Shown one piece after another: positions 19,967-29,469 of a stretch of 64,000 bases of DNA (position 1 is the first letter of the stretch; each line of letters opens with the position of its first letter). A model generated the notes under the pieces. The model had not been told where the DNA came from. It saw nothing but the letters and a program-made list of their open reading frames with translations, and searched no databases. This DNA is from a bacterium (GTDB lineage: Bacteria > UBA8248). The position numbers were made by a program, and so were the translations under genes. Location: positions 1,440,001 to 1,504,000 of the forward strand of contig CBDBZU010000004.1 in assembly GCA_965213625.1 (NCBI GenBank), read 5' to 3'.

Positions 19967-20833
19967 TCACCGCTTGAAGAGAGAGAGGCTCCCCTTCAGG
20001 GCCTCGTTGCGCCTCGCGTAGTGTAGCGGCGTTCGGCCGGATTCATCCTTCAGGCGTGGGTTCGCGCCCGCCCGGATGAGCGCCTTGACGACGACAGGGC
20101 TTTTTCCGAACCACGCGGCAAGATGAAGCGGCGTCCATCTCCCGCGCGTATCGCGCGCATTCAGCCTCGCCTTCGCCTTCACCAGCGCGCGCACGACGGC
20201 GGGAGAATCTCCCTGCGCCGCGAGATGAAGCGGTGTGCGCCCGAATATGTCGCGCGCGTTCGCCTTCGCTCCGGATTTTAAGAGCGCGGCCAGGGTAGCG
20301 GGCGCATTGGATTGCGCGGCCAGATGGAGCGCCGTGCGTCCGATCCCTGTCTTCGCGTCCACCTCGGCGCCTCCCTTCGCGAGCGCGCGCACAACGGCGG
20401 GCGTCTTGCCGAAGGCCGACGCCAGATGGAGCGGCGTCCACCCGCGTTGTTCTCTTGCCTCGGTTTGGGCCCCGACCTTGATGAGCGCGGCGATAATCGC
20501 AGGCTTCTTGTTGAAGTTCACCGCCAGATGGAGCGGCGTCATCCCGTTCACGTCGCGTGCGTTGGTCGCAGCGCCCGCCTTCGCCAGCGCCTCCACCAGG
20601 GCGGGGGCTATCCCGAAACCCGCCGCGCGGTGCATGGGCGTGAGGCCGGCCGCGTCGCGCGTGTTTGCGTTTTTCGTCTTCAGGCAGCGGGCGACGTCAG
20701 ACGCCTCGGCGCGAATGAAAAAGGCGAGCGTGTTCCAGTACTCGCACGATACGGGAGCCGCGCTTGCGAGTCCCGGAAATAGGCCCGCTGCGAGCGCGAG
20801 CGCCGCCAGGCGCGTCTTGCTGCGTAGAATCAC
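19967..20833 (-). CDS. Secreted ankyrin-repeat protein
   Basis: Signal peptide, CEYWNT..FF..A...DV..CL cap, about 7 G.TPLHLAA repeats. Confidence 0.92.
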   Translation of the reverse strand: MILRSKTRLAALALAAGLFPGLASAAPVSCEYWNTLAFFIRAEASDVARCLKTKNANTRDAAGLTPMHRAAGFGIAPALVEALAKAGAATNARDVNGMTPLHLAVNFNKKPAIIAALIKVGAQTEAREQRGWTPLHLASAFGKTPAVVRALAKGGAEVDAKTGIGRTALHLAAQSNAPATLAALLKSGAKANARDIFGRTPLHLAAQGDSPAVVRALVKAKARLNARDTRGRWTPLHLAAWFGKSPVVVKALIRAGANPRLKDESGRTPLHYARRNEALKGSLSLFKR

Positions 20834-20976
20834 CCCTTTTTCTCCCCTCGTGAGTGGGATGGCCTTTAGTCTGGTGGTGGTGTGTGTTTCGGCGTCCGAT
20901 TGTATATGCGTCCGTCGCCGGGGTCGAGCACCGCATGGGAGTAGTTTTCGCCTGCCATTCTTCTTTTCGGCGCGGG

Positions 20977-21816
20977 TTACTTCAATCGCTCATAGACCGG
21001 GTCGTCTCTGAGGAAGACGTTCTTCTCGGCGAAATCATAGGGCGTTTTGCCGTCTTCGTCCCGCACTTTGGAATTGGCGCCTGCGTCGAGGAGGGTGGCG
21101 ACGACGGCGGGCGTGCTGCAGACCCAAGCCGCCAGATGTAGCGGCGTCCAGCCGCCTCGGGCATCGCGCGCGTGAAGTTCTGCGCCCGCCTCGAGCAGTT
21201 TGCTCACGATGGCGGACGAATCGCCCTGCGCAGCGAAGTGAAGCGCCGTGCGCCCGTATTTGTCGCTGAGCCTTGGGTCCGCCCCGGCGGCGAGCAGTTC
21301 TTCTATCTTCTCGGGCGTCGGGGCGTTTCGCGCCGCTGCGTGAAGAGGGGAACCCCCGCTCTCGTCGCGGGCATCCACTTTCGCTCGCGCTTTCAGCAGA
21401 ACTCCGATTGCCCCGGAGTTTGTTCCCGGCTCGCCAAGGAGGGACAACCCGGTTCCCGCCGCGAGGTGAAGCGGCGTGCGCTCTTGTTCGTCGCGCGCAT
21501 CGATTTCCGCCCCGGCGGTCAGAAGCATATCCACGATGACGGCTCTTTCGCTTTGCGCAGCGAGGTGTAAGGCCGCGCGTCCGTAATTATCCGAGGAGTT
21601 AGGGTCCGCGCCCGCCTTGACCAGGGCGGACGCGATGCCCGGGGTCTCGTTGAACGCTGCCGCGATGTGCAGGGCCGTGCGCTCTTTATCGTCGCGTGCG
21701 TTCGCGTCCTCACCGTCGCGAAGGAGCGATTCCACGACGGACGCCGTCTCACTGATGAGCACCGCGCGGTGGAGACGACTTGCGCCTCTTTCGTTCGCCG
21801 TGTCATTCATTGCCAT
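20977..21816 (-). CDS. Ankyrin-repeat protein
   Basis: Repeated TALHLAA/TPLHLAA...AGAD.NARD units. Confidence 0.92.
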   Translation of the reverse strand: MAMNDTANERGASRLHRAVLISETASVVESLLRDGEDANARDDKERTALHIAAAFNETPGIASALVKAGADPNSSDNYGRAALHLAAQSERAVIVDMLLTAGAEIDARDEQERTPLHLAAGTGLSLLGEPGTNSGAIGVLLKARAKVDARDESGGSPLHAAARNAPTPEKIEELLAAGADPRLSDKYGRTALHFAAQGDSSAIVSKLLEAGAELHARDARGGWTPLHLAAWVCSTPAVVATLLDAGANSKVRDEDGKTPYDFAEKNVFLRDDPVYERLK

Positions 21817-21906
21817 TGCATCCTCTGGTGAAACACGAACTTCTTGTCGCTCACCAATAACGAGAGCGGGAAGTACGCGAGGGCTGCCTCTACAAGCTAT
21901 GGTCTG

Positions 21907-21935
21907 GCAGGGACAGGTCGAGACCTTGTCCCTAC
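21907..21935 (-). repeat. GTAG-type REP-like palindrome
   Basis: Minus strand GTAGGGACAAGGTCTCGACCTGTCCCTGC; the partial copy TCGACCTGTCCCTGC recurs at about 27123-27137. Confidence 0.6.
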
Positions 21936-21967
21936 CGGGCGCTCCCTCATCTGCCCGCTCATTCCCA

Positions 21968-22208
21968 CTCTTCCAACATGTCCTTGTACTTCTCGTACGA
22001 AGGCTGAAACCCGCCCGAGTAGTTCAGCCAGTTCGTCACTGGTCGAATCCGACTGAAGAGGGAGGGTTCGACGTCGCCCCCGCCTTGTTTGTCAAACCCA
22101 ACCGAAGAGGTGTGGTTTGCGAGGCCATCACTCCTCTTCCAACATGTCCTTGTACTTCTCGTACGAAGGCGGAAACCCGCCCGAGTAGTTCAGCCAGTTC
22201 GTCACTGG
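21968..22208. repeat. 75-bp direct repeat (21968-22042 and 22134-22208) duplicating the 3' end of the DUF169 gene
   Basis: CTCTTCCAACATGTCC...GTTCGTCACTGG occurs twice with one mismatch (aggcTgaaac vs aggcGgaaac), separated by 91 bp. Confidence 0.95.
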
Positions 22209-22904
22209 ATAGCGCGCCGCCCCGGCCTTGTGCGTGGCTTCGAGGCCTTCGAGTATCTCCTCGGTCGCCGCGAAGGGGAACGAAAACGCCACCTCGTGAT
22301 CCTGCACCTGACCGAATATCCTGTCCCCCGTACAGGGCACGACCATCTGGGGCTCTCCCGTCGTGTGGGGCGCAATGGCCAGATCGGCGCAGTCGATTCT
22401 GCCGCGAAAAGCGCTGTCGAGCGTTCCGCCGCGCTTCCAGAGCCACGCCTGTCCCAGCCGCATGATCTGCGCCCCGTTCCCGTAGATGACGATCGAATCG
22501 GGCTCGAACGCCGCGCGGTGGAGCGGCGCCACGAGCACGCCCACGTATTTCCCCTCGGGCAGTTTGGGCACGCTATCTTCGCTCAGGCGGCCGGCTTCGA
22601 TGTTCTCCGTGTAGAGGTCGATGCACAGGTTGCCCTCGGTGTAGTGCGGCAGGCGTTTTTCGAGACCCAGCGCCATCGCACCCAGGACGCAGCTGCTGTC
22701 CTCGCGCCCGAGTGCGAGCGCCCATCCGTAGCGCCGCGCCATGGAGACCGCCTGACAGGTGGTGAACCGGTTCCCCAGGTGTTCTTTGGGCCGTTTCGTC
22801 CGGGGCGGAACCTCCTCCCAGGATTTCAGGAACTTCACCGCCACGGGAAACGAGGCGAGGCGTAGATATTGATTGAGTCGCTCTTCGTATTCGGAATTTT
22901 TCAT
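22128..22904 (-). CDS. DUF169 family protein
   Basis: LRLASFPVAVKF, TTCQAVSMARRYGW, SSCVLG, RIDCAD, PCTGDRIFG, EVAFSFP. Confidence 0.8.
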   Translation of the reverse strand: MKNSEYEERLNQYLRLASFPVAVKFLKSWEEVPPRTKRPKEHLGNRFTTCQAVSMARRYGWALALGREDSSCVLGAMALGLEKRLPHYTEGNLCIDLYTENIEAGRLSEDSVPKLPEGKYVGVLVAPLHRAAFEPDSIVIYGNGAQIMRLGQAWLWKRGGTLDSAFRGRIDCADLAIAPHTTGEPQMVVPCTGDRIFGQVQDHEVAFSFPFAATEEILEGLEATHKAGAARYPVTNWLNYSGGFPPSYEKYKDMLEEE

Positions 22905-23400
22905 GGGCTCTCCACCCTCATTTATTTCATCTGTATGGAAATCATATCATTAACGCGCGAGGTGATCACGAAATAAAAGGCGGCCGTTGCCATTACGAAA
23001 CGATAAAGGCTTTTGAGGAACGTATCGAGCGCGCTGGACGTGCGAAGATGTTGATTTCTCATACCGCCACTTTTCAGACCCGGGAGTGATTCTTCATATC
23101 TCCTGCTTTGTTTTACTGCTCTCTCCTCGCTTGGCGGGTATAATATGGGGCTTGAATGCAGTGAACGAGTGTGATAAATCAAGATGGATTTCATGATTAT
23201 ATCGATGCTTTAACTTCCGCGTGAATTACATGCGCGAGAGTGGTTTCAGGCGTCATATACATGAGAGTCGAAGGACACCGGTAAGTCGGTAACTCAGGAG
23301 AAAGGAGGTTGAATATCGGAGAAGGTTGTAAAAGGTAGAAAAATTCAGTTTTTGTTTCAAGCAGTTGCAGGGTCACGGGCATAGGGGTCGAAATAGTCTT

Positions 23401-23760
23401 TGACTCTATGGTTAAAAGAATGTAAAGTTGATTGTCTGGTAGCAGGGGAGGCCTTCTTATCATGGAGGCCTTATCGCGACGATGCGGAGGACTCACTCAA
23501 TGATGATCTGCACCAATACACCCACCTATAAATTGTATGTTATCGGAAGATTTTCTGCCCGCATGGGCATTGGGGGCGTGGTGGACTCTGACTATATGAT
23601 CGGAAGGATGGCAATTTGATTATCTAGTTTTACAGGGAGGCTTTCACTTCGAAGGTCTCATACGGGGGCCTTCTCATGGAGGCCTTATCACGACGATGAG
23701 GAGGACTCAATCAATGTATTTCTGCGTTAAAACACCAATCAGTAAATTGTACGTTTTCGG
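23401..23760 (+). repeat. Degenerate tandem duplication of the promoter/RBS/N-terminus of the lipoprotein gene, including a 45-aa stub ORF at 23482-23619
   Basis: CATGGAGGCCTTATCGCGACGATGCGGAGGACTCACTCAATG vs CATGGAGGCCTTATCACGACGATGAGGAGGACTCAATCAATG; MRRTHSMMICTNTPTYKLYVIG vs MRRTQSMYFCVKTPISKLYVFG. Confidence 0.85.
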
Positions 23761-25456
23761 GCTGGCGCTCCTGCTCGCGGTGACGCTTGCCGGTTGCAGC
23801 GGCAGCGACAGCAAAGGTGGCGCTGTGGATCCGATGGACACAGGACCGGACCCGGCGTTGCAGATGGCGGCGGACGTGGCGCAGGCGGCGGCGGATGCAG
23901 CCGACGCGGCAGCTGCTGCTGCGGAAATGGCAGCGGCCAATACATCCAAGCACGATGCTGCATCTATGGATAAGGCGAATGCGGATGCGGCTGCTTTGGC
24001 GGCGCGCACGGCGGCGACTGAGGCGCGAGCGGCGGCGCTTGCGGCCCAGGTGGCGGCGGACGATGGCGATCTGGCGACCGCGCATGTGGAACAGGGTAAA
24101 GCCGAAGCTGCCCGAATGACTGCGGAGACGGAGCAGGGCAACGCCGAAACCGCGATGGCGGACGCCGCTATGGCTGTGGCCGATGCAATCGCGGCGGTAA
24201 TGCAAATGGCGGTGACCGAAGCGGCGAAGACGAAAGCCGAGGCCATCAACGCAGAGGCTATGGGGAGCGATACGGCCCCCTTCGATTCGGGAACCGTTGC
24301 CGAGAATTATACGGTCACCGCGGAACACACCGATGGCGCCGTGGAGGTCAATATCGCCATTCCCGGGGCGGCGATGGATGCTCCTGCGTTCATGAGGGTC
24401 GACGCGCTGCCGCCCATGGAAGGCTGGAATGGAGGCATGAATACGCTCGGCCCCAATGATGACGGCGAGACGGAAATCGTGGGCGTCTACACCGACATTA
24501 CCCCGCCCAAACCCACGGCGTTTGCGACCGTGTATGAACTTGACGTCAGCACCGACACGGGAAACGATACCCCACAAGCAACGAATGAGGCTCTTGCGAT
24601 CAATCAAGGCGATATGGCGGTTGTCGGGCGGGTGAAGTCGGATAGTTTCACCGCCAACGGCGCGGCCGTGCTCACATACGCCATGGACGATTCGAGCACC
24701 CCAAATGTGGACGAAGCGTTTGAAGCCGAGGGTTTCTACGCCGACGCGCCGGGCACGTACAAATGCAGTGGCGGTGCCAACTGCACGGTTACGCTCGATG
24801 CGAACGGCAAGATAACCGCTATGAGCAATGGCTGGATTTTCACTCCCGCCGCAGGCGCCACGGTCGACGTCCCCGACGCCGATTACCTCTACTACGGCTT
24901 CTGGGTGAAGAAGACGGACAAAGACGGCGCAACCACATACAACGAGGTGCAGACCTTCGCGGGCGCCATGGGTATCAGTGAATTCAACAGGGAACATATG
25001 CTACAGGTCAGGGGCACGGCGAACTACGTAGGAGGCGCAGCGGGCGTGTACATGAGGAAGACGTTTGCCACCGACGGCAAAATTGTCTTGGCCACCTCGG
25101 GCACATTCACGGCGGACGTCAGCTTGATGGTCAATTTCGGCGGGAACGATGTGCCCGCCAACGAGCATTACTCCATCGAAGGGAGCGTTTCGAACTTCGC
25201 CTTGTCTGGGGGTGAGGAGAACGCTTGGGGTGTCAACCTGAAAGCCGGTTTCGGCAGAACCGACAATTCATTCAGCGGCACGGCCAATGGCGGCGGAGCG
25301 GAAGCGGTGTGGAACGGAATCTTCTACGGGGGCGGTGGGAATACTCCGGAACCAGACGACGGACCTGCCAAGGTGTCGCCGGAAAGCGTTGCCGGTGAGT
25401 TCAACGCCCACTTCACCAACGGGCACGTGGCCGGCGGGTACGGCGCGCACAGGTAG
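23696..25456 (+). CDS. Surface lipoprotein with Ala-rich stalk and TbpB-like C-terminal beta-barrel (probable Slam/T11SS cargo)
   Basis: Lipobox LAGC; Ala-rich helix; GTANYVGGAAGVY, FTADVSL.VNFG, C-terminal GEFNAHFTNGHVAGGYGAHR; adjacent Slam gene. Confidence 0.75.
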   Translation: MRRTQSMYFCVKTPISKLYVFGLALLLAVTLAGCSGSDSKGGAVDPMDTGPDPALQMAADVAQAAADAADAAAAAAEMAAANTSKHDAASMDKANADAAALAARTAATEARAAALAAQVAADDGDLATAHVEQGKAEAARMTAETEQGNAETAMADAAMAVADAIAAVMQMAVTEAAKTKAEAINAEAMGSDTAPFDSGTVAENYTVTAEHTDGAVEVNIAIPGAAMDAPAFMRVDALPPMEGWNGGMNTLGPNDDGETEIVGVYTDITPPKPTAFATVYELDVSTDTGNDTPQATNEALAINQGDMAVVGRVKSDSFTANGAAVLTYAMDDSSTPNVDEAFEAEGFYADAPGTYKCSGGANCTVTLDANGKITAMSNGWIFTPAAGATVDVPDADYLYYGFWVKKTDKDGATTYNEVQTFAGAMGISEFNREHMLQVRGTANYVGGAAGVYMRKTFATDGKIVLATSGTFTADVSLMVNFGGNDVPANEHYSIEGSVSNFALSGGEENAWGVNLKAGFGRTDNSFSGTANGGGAEAVWNGIFYGGGGNTPEPDDGPAKVSPESVAGEFNAHFTNGHVAGGYGAHR

Positions 25457-25517
25457 TAGAAGTCGGTTGCGGCAAGCGAACGCCCCGCAGAGCGGGGGCG
25501 GACAATACGCAAGTTGC

Positions 25518-25545
25518 GGGAAGGCGGCCTCCGGGTCGCCTTCCC
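25518..25545 (+). terminator. GC-rich hairpin between the lipoprotein and Slam genes
   Basis: GGGAAGGCGGCC-TCCG-GGTCGCCTTCCC; no clear U-tract. Confidence 0.45.
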
Positions 25546-25669
25546 CTCATCTGAAAAGTGAGTTAGACTCCGCTCGCTCCTGATCCGAGGGAACCACGGG
25601 CGAGGCCGCCATGTCAGGGAGAAACGAACGGGAGAGCGTTCGGGAGCGCGCTCACCTCATTTGCACACC

Positions 25670-27052
25670 ATGAAAAAATTCATTCTGCTTGCCACCTGCA
25701 TCACGCTCATTATGCTTGCGCACCTGACGGCTGTGGAAGCCGGCGCTGCGAAACAGCGGACCCATCTCTCCAAAGACCCCAATGTCCAGGCCGCGCGTGG
25801 GTTGCTCAAGGAACGCCGTTATTTCGAGGCGCTCAAAATACTGCGCCCCATCGCCAAAGAGTCGAAGGGCCGCGCCGACAGGACGGACGTGTTCTTCCTC
25901 ATGGGTCTATCGGCTATCGAGGCCTCGAGACGCCTGCCCCCGGCCAGAGTGAAGGAGAGGACGGCGCTTCTCGATGAGGCCATCGCCGTGCTTCGAACCA
26001 TCCTCATCGCGCAGCCCGGCCTCGTACGCGTACGGCTCGAACTCGCGCGGGCGTTCTTCTATAAGAAAGAAGACGACCTCTCGCGCCGCCATTTCGATCG
26101 CGTCCTCGCCGGCAAGCCGCCCAAGGCGATGGTTTCGAACATCAACCGCTTCCTGCGCATCATGCGCGCGCGCAGACGCTGGAGTGCGCATTTCGGCTTC
26201 TCCATTGCGCCGGACACGAACATCGGCGCGGTGTCTGATTCCGAGATTATCTATATCTACGATCTGCCTTTCCGCCGCAACAATTTCGAGGGTGAAAGCT
26301 CGGGGCTTGGTTTCGTCTTCTGGGGCGGAGGGGAGTATCAACAGCCCCTGAGCCAGCGCCTTCGCTTGCGTCTGGGGGCGAATATCTCCCGCAGGGAATA
26401 TGAGGAGAGCCGCTTCGACCAGATGACGATCTCCCTCCACGCCGGGCCGCGCTGGTGGATGAGTCCCAATACCGAGATGAGCCTGCTTGCCAGCGCGCGC
26501 CAGCGCCGAAGCGGCGGTTACGTCCACAGCCACGAGATCGGCGCGCGCTTCGAACTCGAACACCGTCTCACGCGCCGCATCCGCCTGAGCGGGCGCGCTT
26601 CCTTGCACGAGCGCGACTATGAGCGCGACAAGCATTTAGACGGCTCACTACTGGATCTCGCGCTGGTGGGTTCCTGGGTGCTCACGCCGACGCTTCAAGT
26701 CCGGGGTGGACTCGGCTACGCGGCCGATAATCCCGAATCACGCGCCTTGCGTAACCGCAGCCGGTGGGGACGTCTGGGCGCGTCCATCGCTCTTCCCTTC
26801 GGCTTCACCGTAGGAGCGAACGCGGAGCTTCGTACGACGGACTACCAGGGAACCTTGTTTCCCTTCATCCCAGACGGTTCTCCGCGCGAGGACGAGGTCC
26901 AAATCTTCAGTGTTTCCATCTTCAACCGCGGCTTCACGACATTAGGTTTCAGCCCCCAGCTCATCGTGGTGAACGAGGAGCGCGAGTCCAACGCCCAGTT
27001 ACACGACTACAGTCGCACCCGCGCCGAGCTTCGCTTCGTGCGGCAGTTCTAG
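25670..27052 (+). CDS. Surface lipoprotein assembly modulator (Slam, DUF560 / T11SS outer-membrane protein)
   Basis: Signal peptide, TPR region (RVRLELARAFF), SIAPDTNIG barrel start, C-terminal RAELRFVRQF. Confidence 0.85.
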   Translation: MKKFILLATCITLIMLAHLTAVEAGAAKQRTHLSKDPNVQAARGLLKERRYFEALKILRPIAKESKGRADRTDVFFLMGLSAIEASRRLPPARVKERTALLDEAIAVLRTILIAQPGLVRVRLELARAFFYKKEDDLSRRHFDRVLAGKPPKAMVSNINRFLRIMRARRRWSAHFGFSIAPDTNIGAVSDSEIIYIYDLPFRRNNFEGESSGLGFVFWGGGEYQQPLSQRLRLRLGANISRREYEESRFDQMTISLHAGPRWWMSPNTEMSLLASARQRRSGGYVHSHEIGARFELEHRLTRRIRLSGRASLHERDYERDKHLDGSLLDLALVGSWVLTPTLQVRGGLGYAADNPESRALRNRSRWGRLGASIALPFGFTVGANAELRTTDYQGTLFPFIPDGSPREDEVQIFSVSIFNRGFTTLGFSPQLIVVNEERESNAQLHDYSRTRAELRFVRQF

Positions 27053-27267
27053 ATCGGCCCCGGCCGAAGAATGAGGGGCTGCGTTTTCCCTGGGAGGTCA
27101 ATCCCTCCCGCAATTGTCAGAATCGACCTGTCCCTGCAGATCAGCATCTACGGGAAAGGCGGTCAAACTAAATTTGCAGTCGCGCATGGGTGCGAACACG
27201 CAAATGGCGGATATATTGGATTGACCCTACAGTAGCGCAACCCCCTCCCGCACCGATCATGTTTGAT

Positions 27268-27750
27268 TCACGGTTTGTGGACGCCGCAGCCGAAGATGTA
27301 GCCCTTATGGAGGACGGCCCATGAGGACTTGAGCACAACTTTGCCCGTGAGGGGGTCTTTCCATCCGTAATCCACCCAAGCTCCTTTAGCCGTGGCCTTG
27401 GCCAGAGCGGCGTTGCCGATGTTGAGGCCGCCCGGGTCGATGAGTGTCGAGGCGTTCGTGCCGATGAGCGAACGGGTCTGGGCGTGGGCGACGATGCGCG
27501 CTCCCTCCGCCGCCTCGAGCACGAAAATGTAGAGGTCCAGATGTTTGAATTCCGCGCCCGGGCGGTTGGTGAAGCGATCGAAAGCCGCCTTCATACCTTC
27601 CTGGTCGAAAAGAGCGATAGCTTTCGCAACCATGGCCTGGGCTTGGGCGGGGGTGCCGCGCTTTTGCGCGTGCTTGTCGGCGAGTGCGGGTGCGGCGAGA
27701 AGCAGGAGGCAAATAATGAGCGCGATTTTTACGGTGATGTTGCTTTTCAT
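27268..27750 (-). CDS. Stand-alone secreted single Cache-domain protein
   Basis: Signal peptide; GTPAQAQAMV.KA, DLYIFV, GAWVDYGWKDP..GK...K.SW. Confidence 0.85.
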   Translation of the reverse strand: MKSNITVKIALIICLLLLAAPALADKHAQKRGTPAQAQAMVAKAIALFDQEGMKAAFDRFTNRPGAEFKHLDLYIFVLEAAEGARIVAHAQTRSLIGTNASTLIDPGGLNIGNAALAKATAKGAWVDYGWKDPLTGKVVLKSSWAVLHKGYIFGCGVHKP

Positions 27751-27865
27751 GGTATAGCGTCCTCTGTGTTGAATTCGCCTTTCGGCTGGAGTCAAGTGTG
27801 TTGAAAGTAAAAAGATTCCGGGAGTCTGTCAATTTGAGGATGATTTTTAGGCGCGAGGTTGGCCA

Positions 27866-27893
27866 GTAGAGACCATTCGCGAACGGCCCCTAC
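27866..27893 (+). repeat. GTAG-type REP-like palindrome
   Basis: GTAGAGACCATTCGCGAACGGCCCCTAC imperfect hairpin. Confidence 0.55.
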
Positions 27894-28005
27894 ATTTGAT
27901 TCCGGTATTCCCTCCTGCATTGATCGGGTTTGATTCCGTTTGTTTCACCAATGCGGTTGCCCTATTATCCCCGAAAGATCGCCTACATAGCCAGGGAGAA
28001 AATGA

Positions 28006-28905
28006 ATGTTCAAGACGGCAGTTGGTTTCGTAGGTCTGGGTCTGATGGGAAAGCCGATGGCGCGGCGGTTTCTGGCGGCGGGGCATCCGCTGGCGGTTTC
28101 GAGCCGCAGCCGCCCCCCGGTGGATGAGATAGCAAGTGAGGGCGCGAGGGCGTGCGATTCACCCGCCGAAGTAGCGGAGCACTCGGAAGTCGTATTCACC
28201 ATGCTGCCCGACGCCCCGAACCTGAAAGACGTGGTCTATGCGGAAAACGGCCTTTTTCAAGCCATGAAGTCCGGCAGCGTCCTGGTGGATTGCACGAGCA
28301 ACGACCCGGCCTTCTCCGCCGAAGTCGCGGAAGCTCTTTCCGGCAAGGGCGTCGGCATGCTCGACGCGCCGGTATCGGGCGCGCCCGAGGGTGCGGAGCA
28401 GGGAACGCTCGCCATCATGGCGGGAGGCCCCAAAGACGTCTTCGCTAGGTGTAAGCCCCTGCTCGATGTTCTGGGCGCGAAGGTAGTCCACGTGGGGGAG
28501 CCTGCGGGTTCCGGGTGCATCGCCAAGCTCGCGAACCAGATTCTGGTGGCCGTCACGTTTCTGGGCGTGGGCGAGGCGCTCGTGTTCGGGGCGAAGGCAG
28601 GTCTCGACCCGGCTGCGCTGGTAGACGTGATGGGAGCGGGCCTCGCGCGCTGCGGTGGGCTGGAGGTGAAAGCGCCGAAAATTCTCTCGGGCGATTTTTC
28701 CCCCGGCGGGAAGATAACGAGCCACGTGAAGGACTTGCGCTATGCGCTCGAACAAGCGCGCGAACGCGAGGTGGCGCTGCCGGGCGCATCGCTCGTGGCG
28801 CAGATTTTCAACTCCCTGGTGGCGAACGGGGAGGGGGATCTCGACCACATCGCCATTATCAAGGTCCTGGAGCGCATGGCGGGCGTGGAGGCGCGCTCAC
28901 GGTAA
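28006..28905 (+). CDS. 2-hydroxy-3-oxopropionate (tartronate semialdehyde) reductase-family protein
   Basis: GLGLMGKPMA, LDAPVSGA, AKLANQI, HVKDL. Confidence 0.85.
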   Translation: MFKTAVGFVGLGLMGKPMARRFLAAGHPLAVSSRSRPPVDEIASEGARACDSPAEVAEHSEVVFTMLPDAPNLKDVVYAENGLFQAMKSGSVLVDCTSNDPAFSAEVAEALSGKGVGMLDAPVSGAPEGAEQGTLAIMAGGPKDVFARCKPLLDVLGAKVVHVGEPAGSGCIAKLANQILVAVTFLGVGEALVFGAKAGLDPAALVDVMGAGLARCGGLEVKAPKILSGDFSPGGKITSHVKDLRYALEQAREREVALPGASLVAQIFNSLVANGEGDLDHIAIIKVLERMAGVEARSR

Positions 28906-29021
28906 TATAGCCAGTACCTGAGCGCTCATGTTACAAGGTTGCCGGATGGCCTGAATCCCTCGTGACGCTTATCGGAAACGTATCAAATACCATTTACTTG
29001 AGAAGTATTGAGGAGACGCCG

Positions 29022-29363
29022 TTGAAGCACGAACCCGTTTTGGCGAAGCTGAACGAACTGAGAAAAGACGCGCAGGGCGAGGGGGGCGTGGAGGAGAAGG
29101 CGCTCTATCACATGTTTTGCTTCATCTCCTATGAGGTGGGTCCATTCGCGGACTTCGTGGAGAAGGAGATGGCGCCGAGCGAGAAAAAAGATACCGCCGC
29201 AGGACCCAGGGCCGAAGAATATCTCGATGTCCTTAACGAGCTGAAGGAAGAGGTCGAAGACGACCCCGGGGACATGGAGTTCATCGCCCTCGACCGCGCC
29301 GTGGCGTTCATCTCTCAAACCAGCGGAGATTTTCAGGCCTATCTCAATGAGGCGGGGGAGTGA
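29022..29363 (+). CDS. Hypothetical acidic protein with two internal repeats
   Basis: TTG start after GAGGAG; halves LNELRKD..EEKALYHMFCFIS..GPF and LNELKEE..EFIALDRAVAFIS..GDF. Confidence 0.7.
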   Translation: MKHEPVLAKLNELRKDAQGEGGVEEKALYHMFCFISYEVGPFADFVEKEMAPSEKKDTAAGPRAEEYLDVLNELKEEVEDDPGDMEFIALDRAVAFISQTSGDFQAYLNEAGE

Positions 29364-29469
29364 TTTCCAATCGCTGATTGGATGGGGAGTTGCTCAGGTC
29401 TCGTAAATGCCGCAACAGAGATGATGCGTGATTTATTTAAACTATCTGTAGGATAGGAGAAGTAATCAT

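Noticed and set aside
21968-22208. 75-bp repeat as a DGR template/variable repeat pair
   Set aside because: The single mismatch is A in the copy versus C in the gene on the coding strand, but one difference is not a pattern and there is no reverse transcriptase in the window
22922-23496. Minus-strand ORFs of 90 and 99 aa
   Set aside because: No recognisable motifs or RBS, in AT-rich promoter-like DNA; probably spurious
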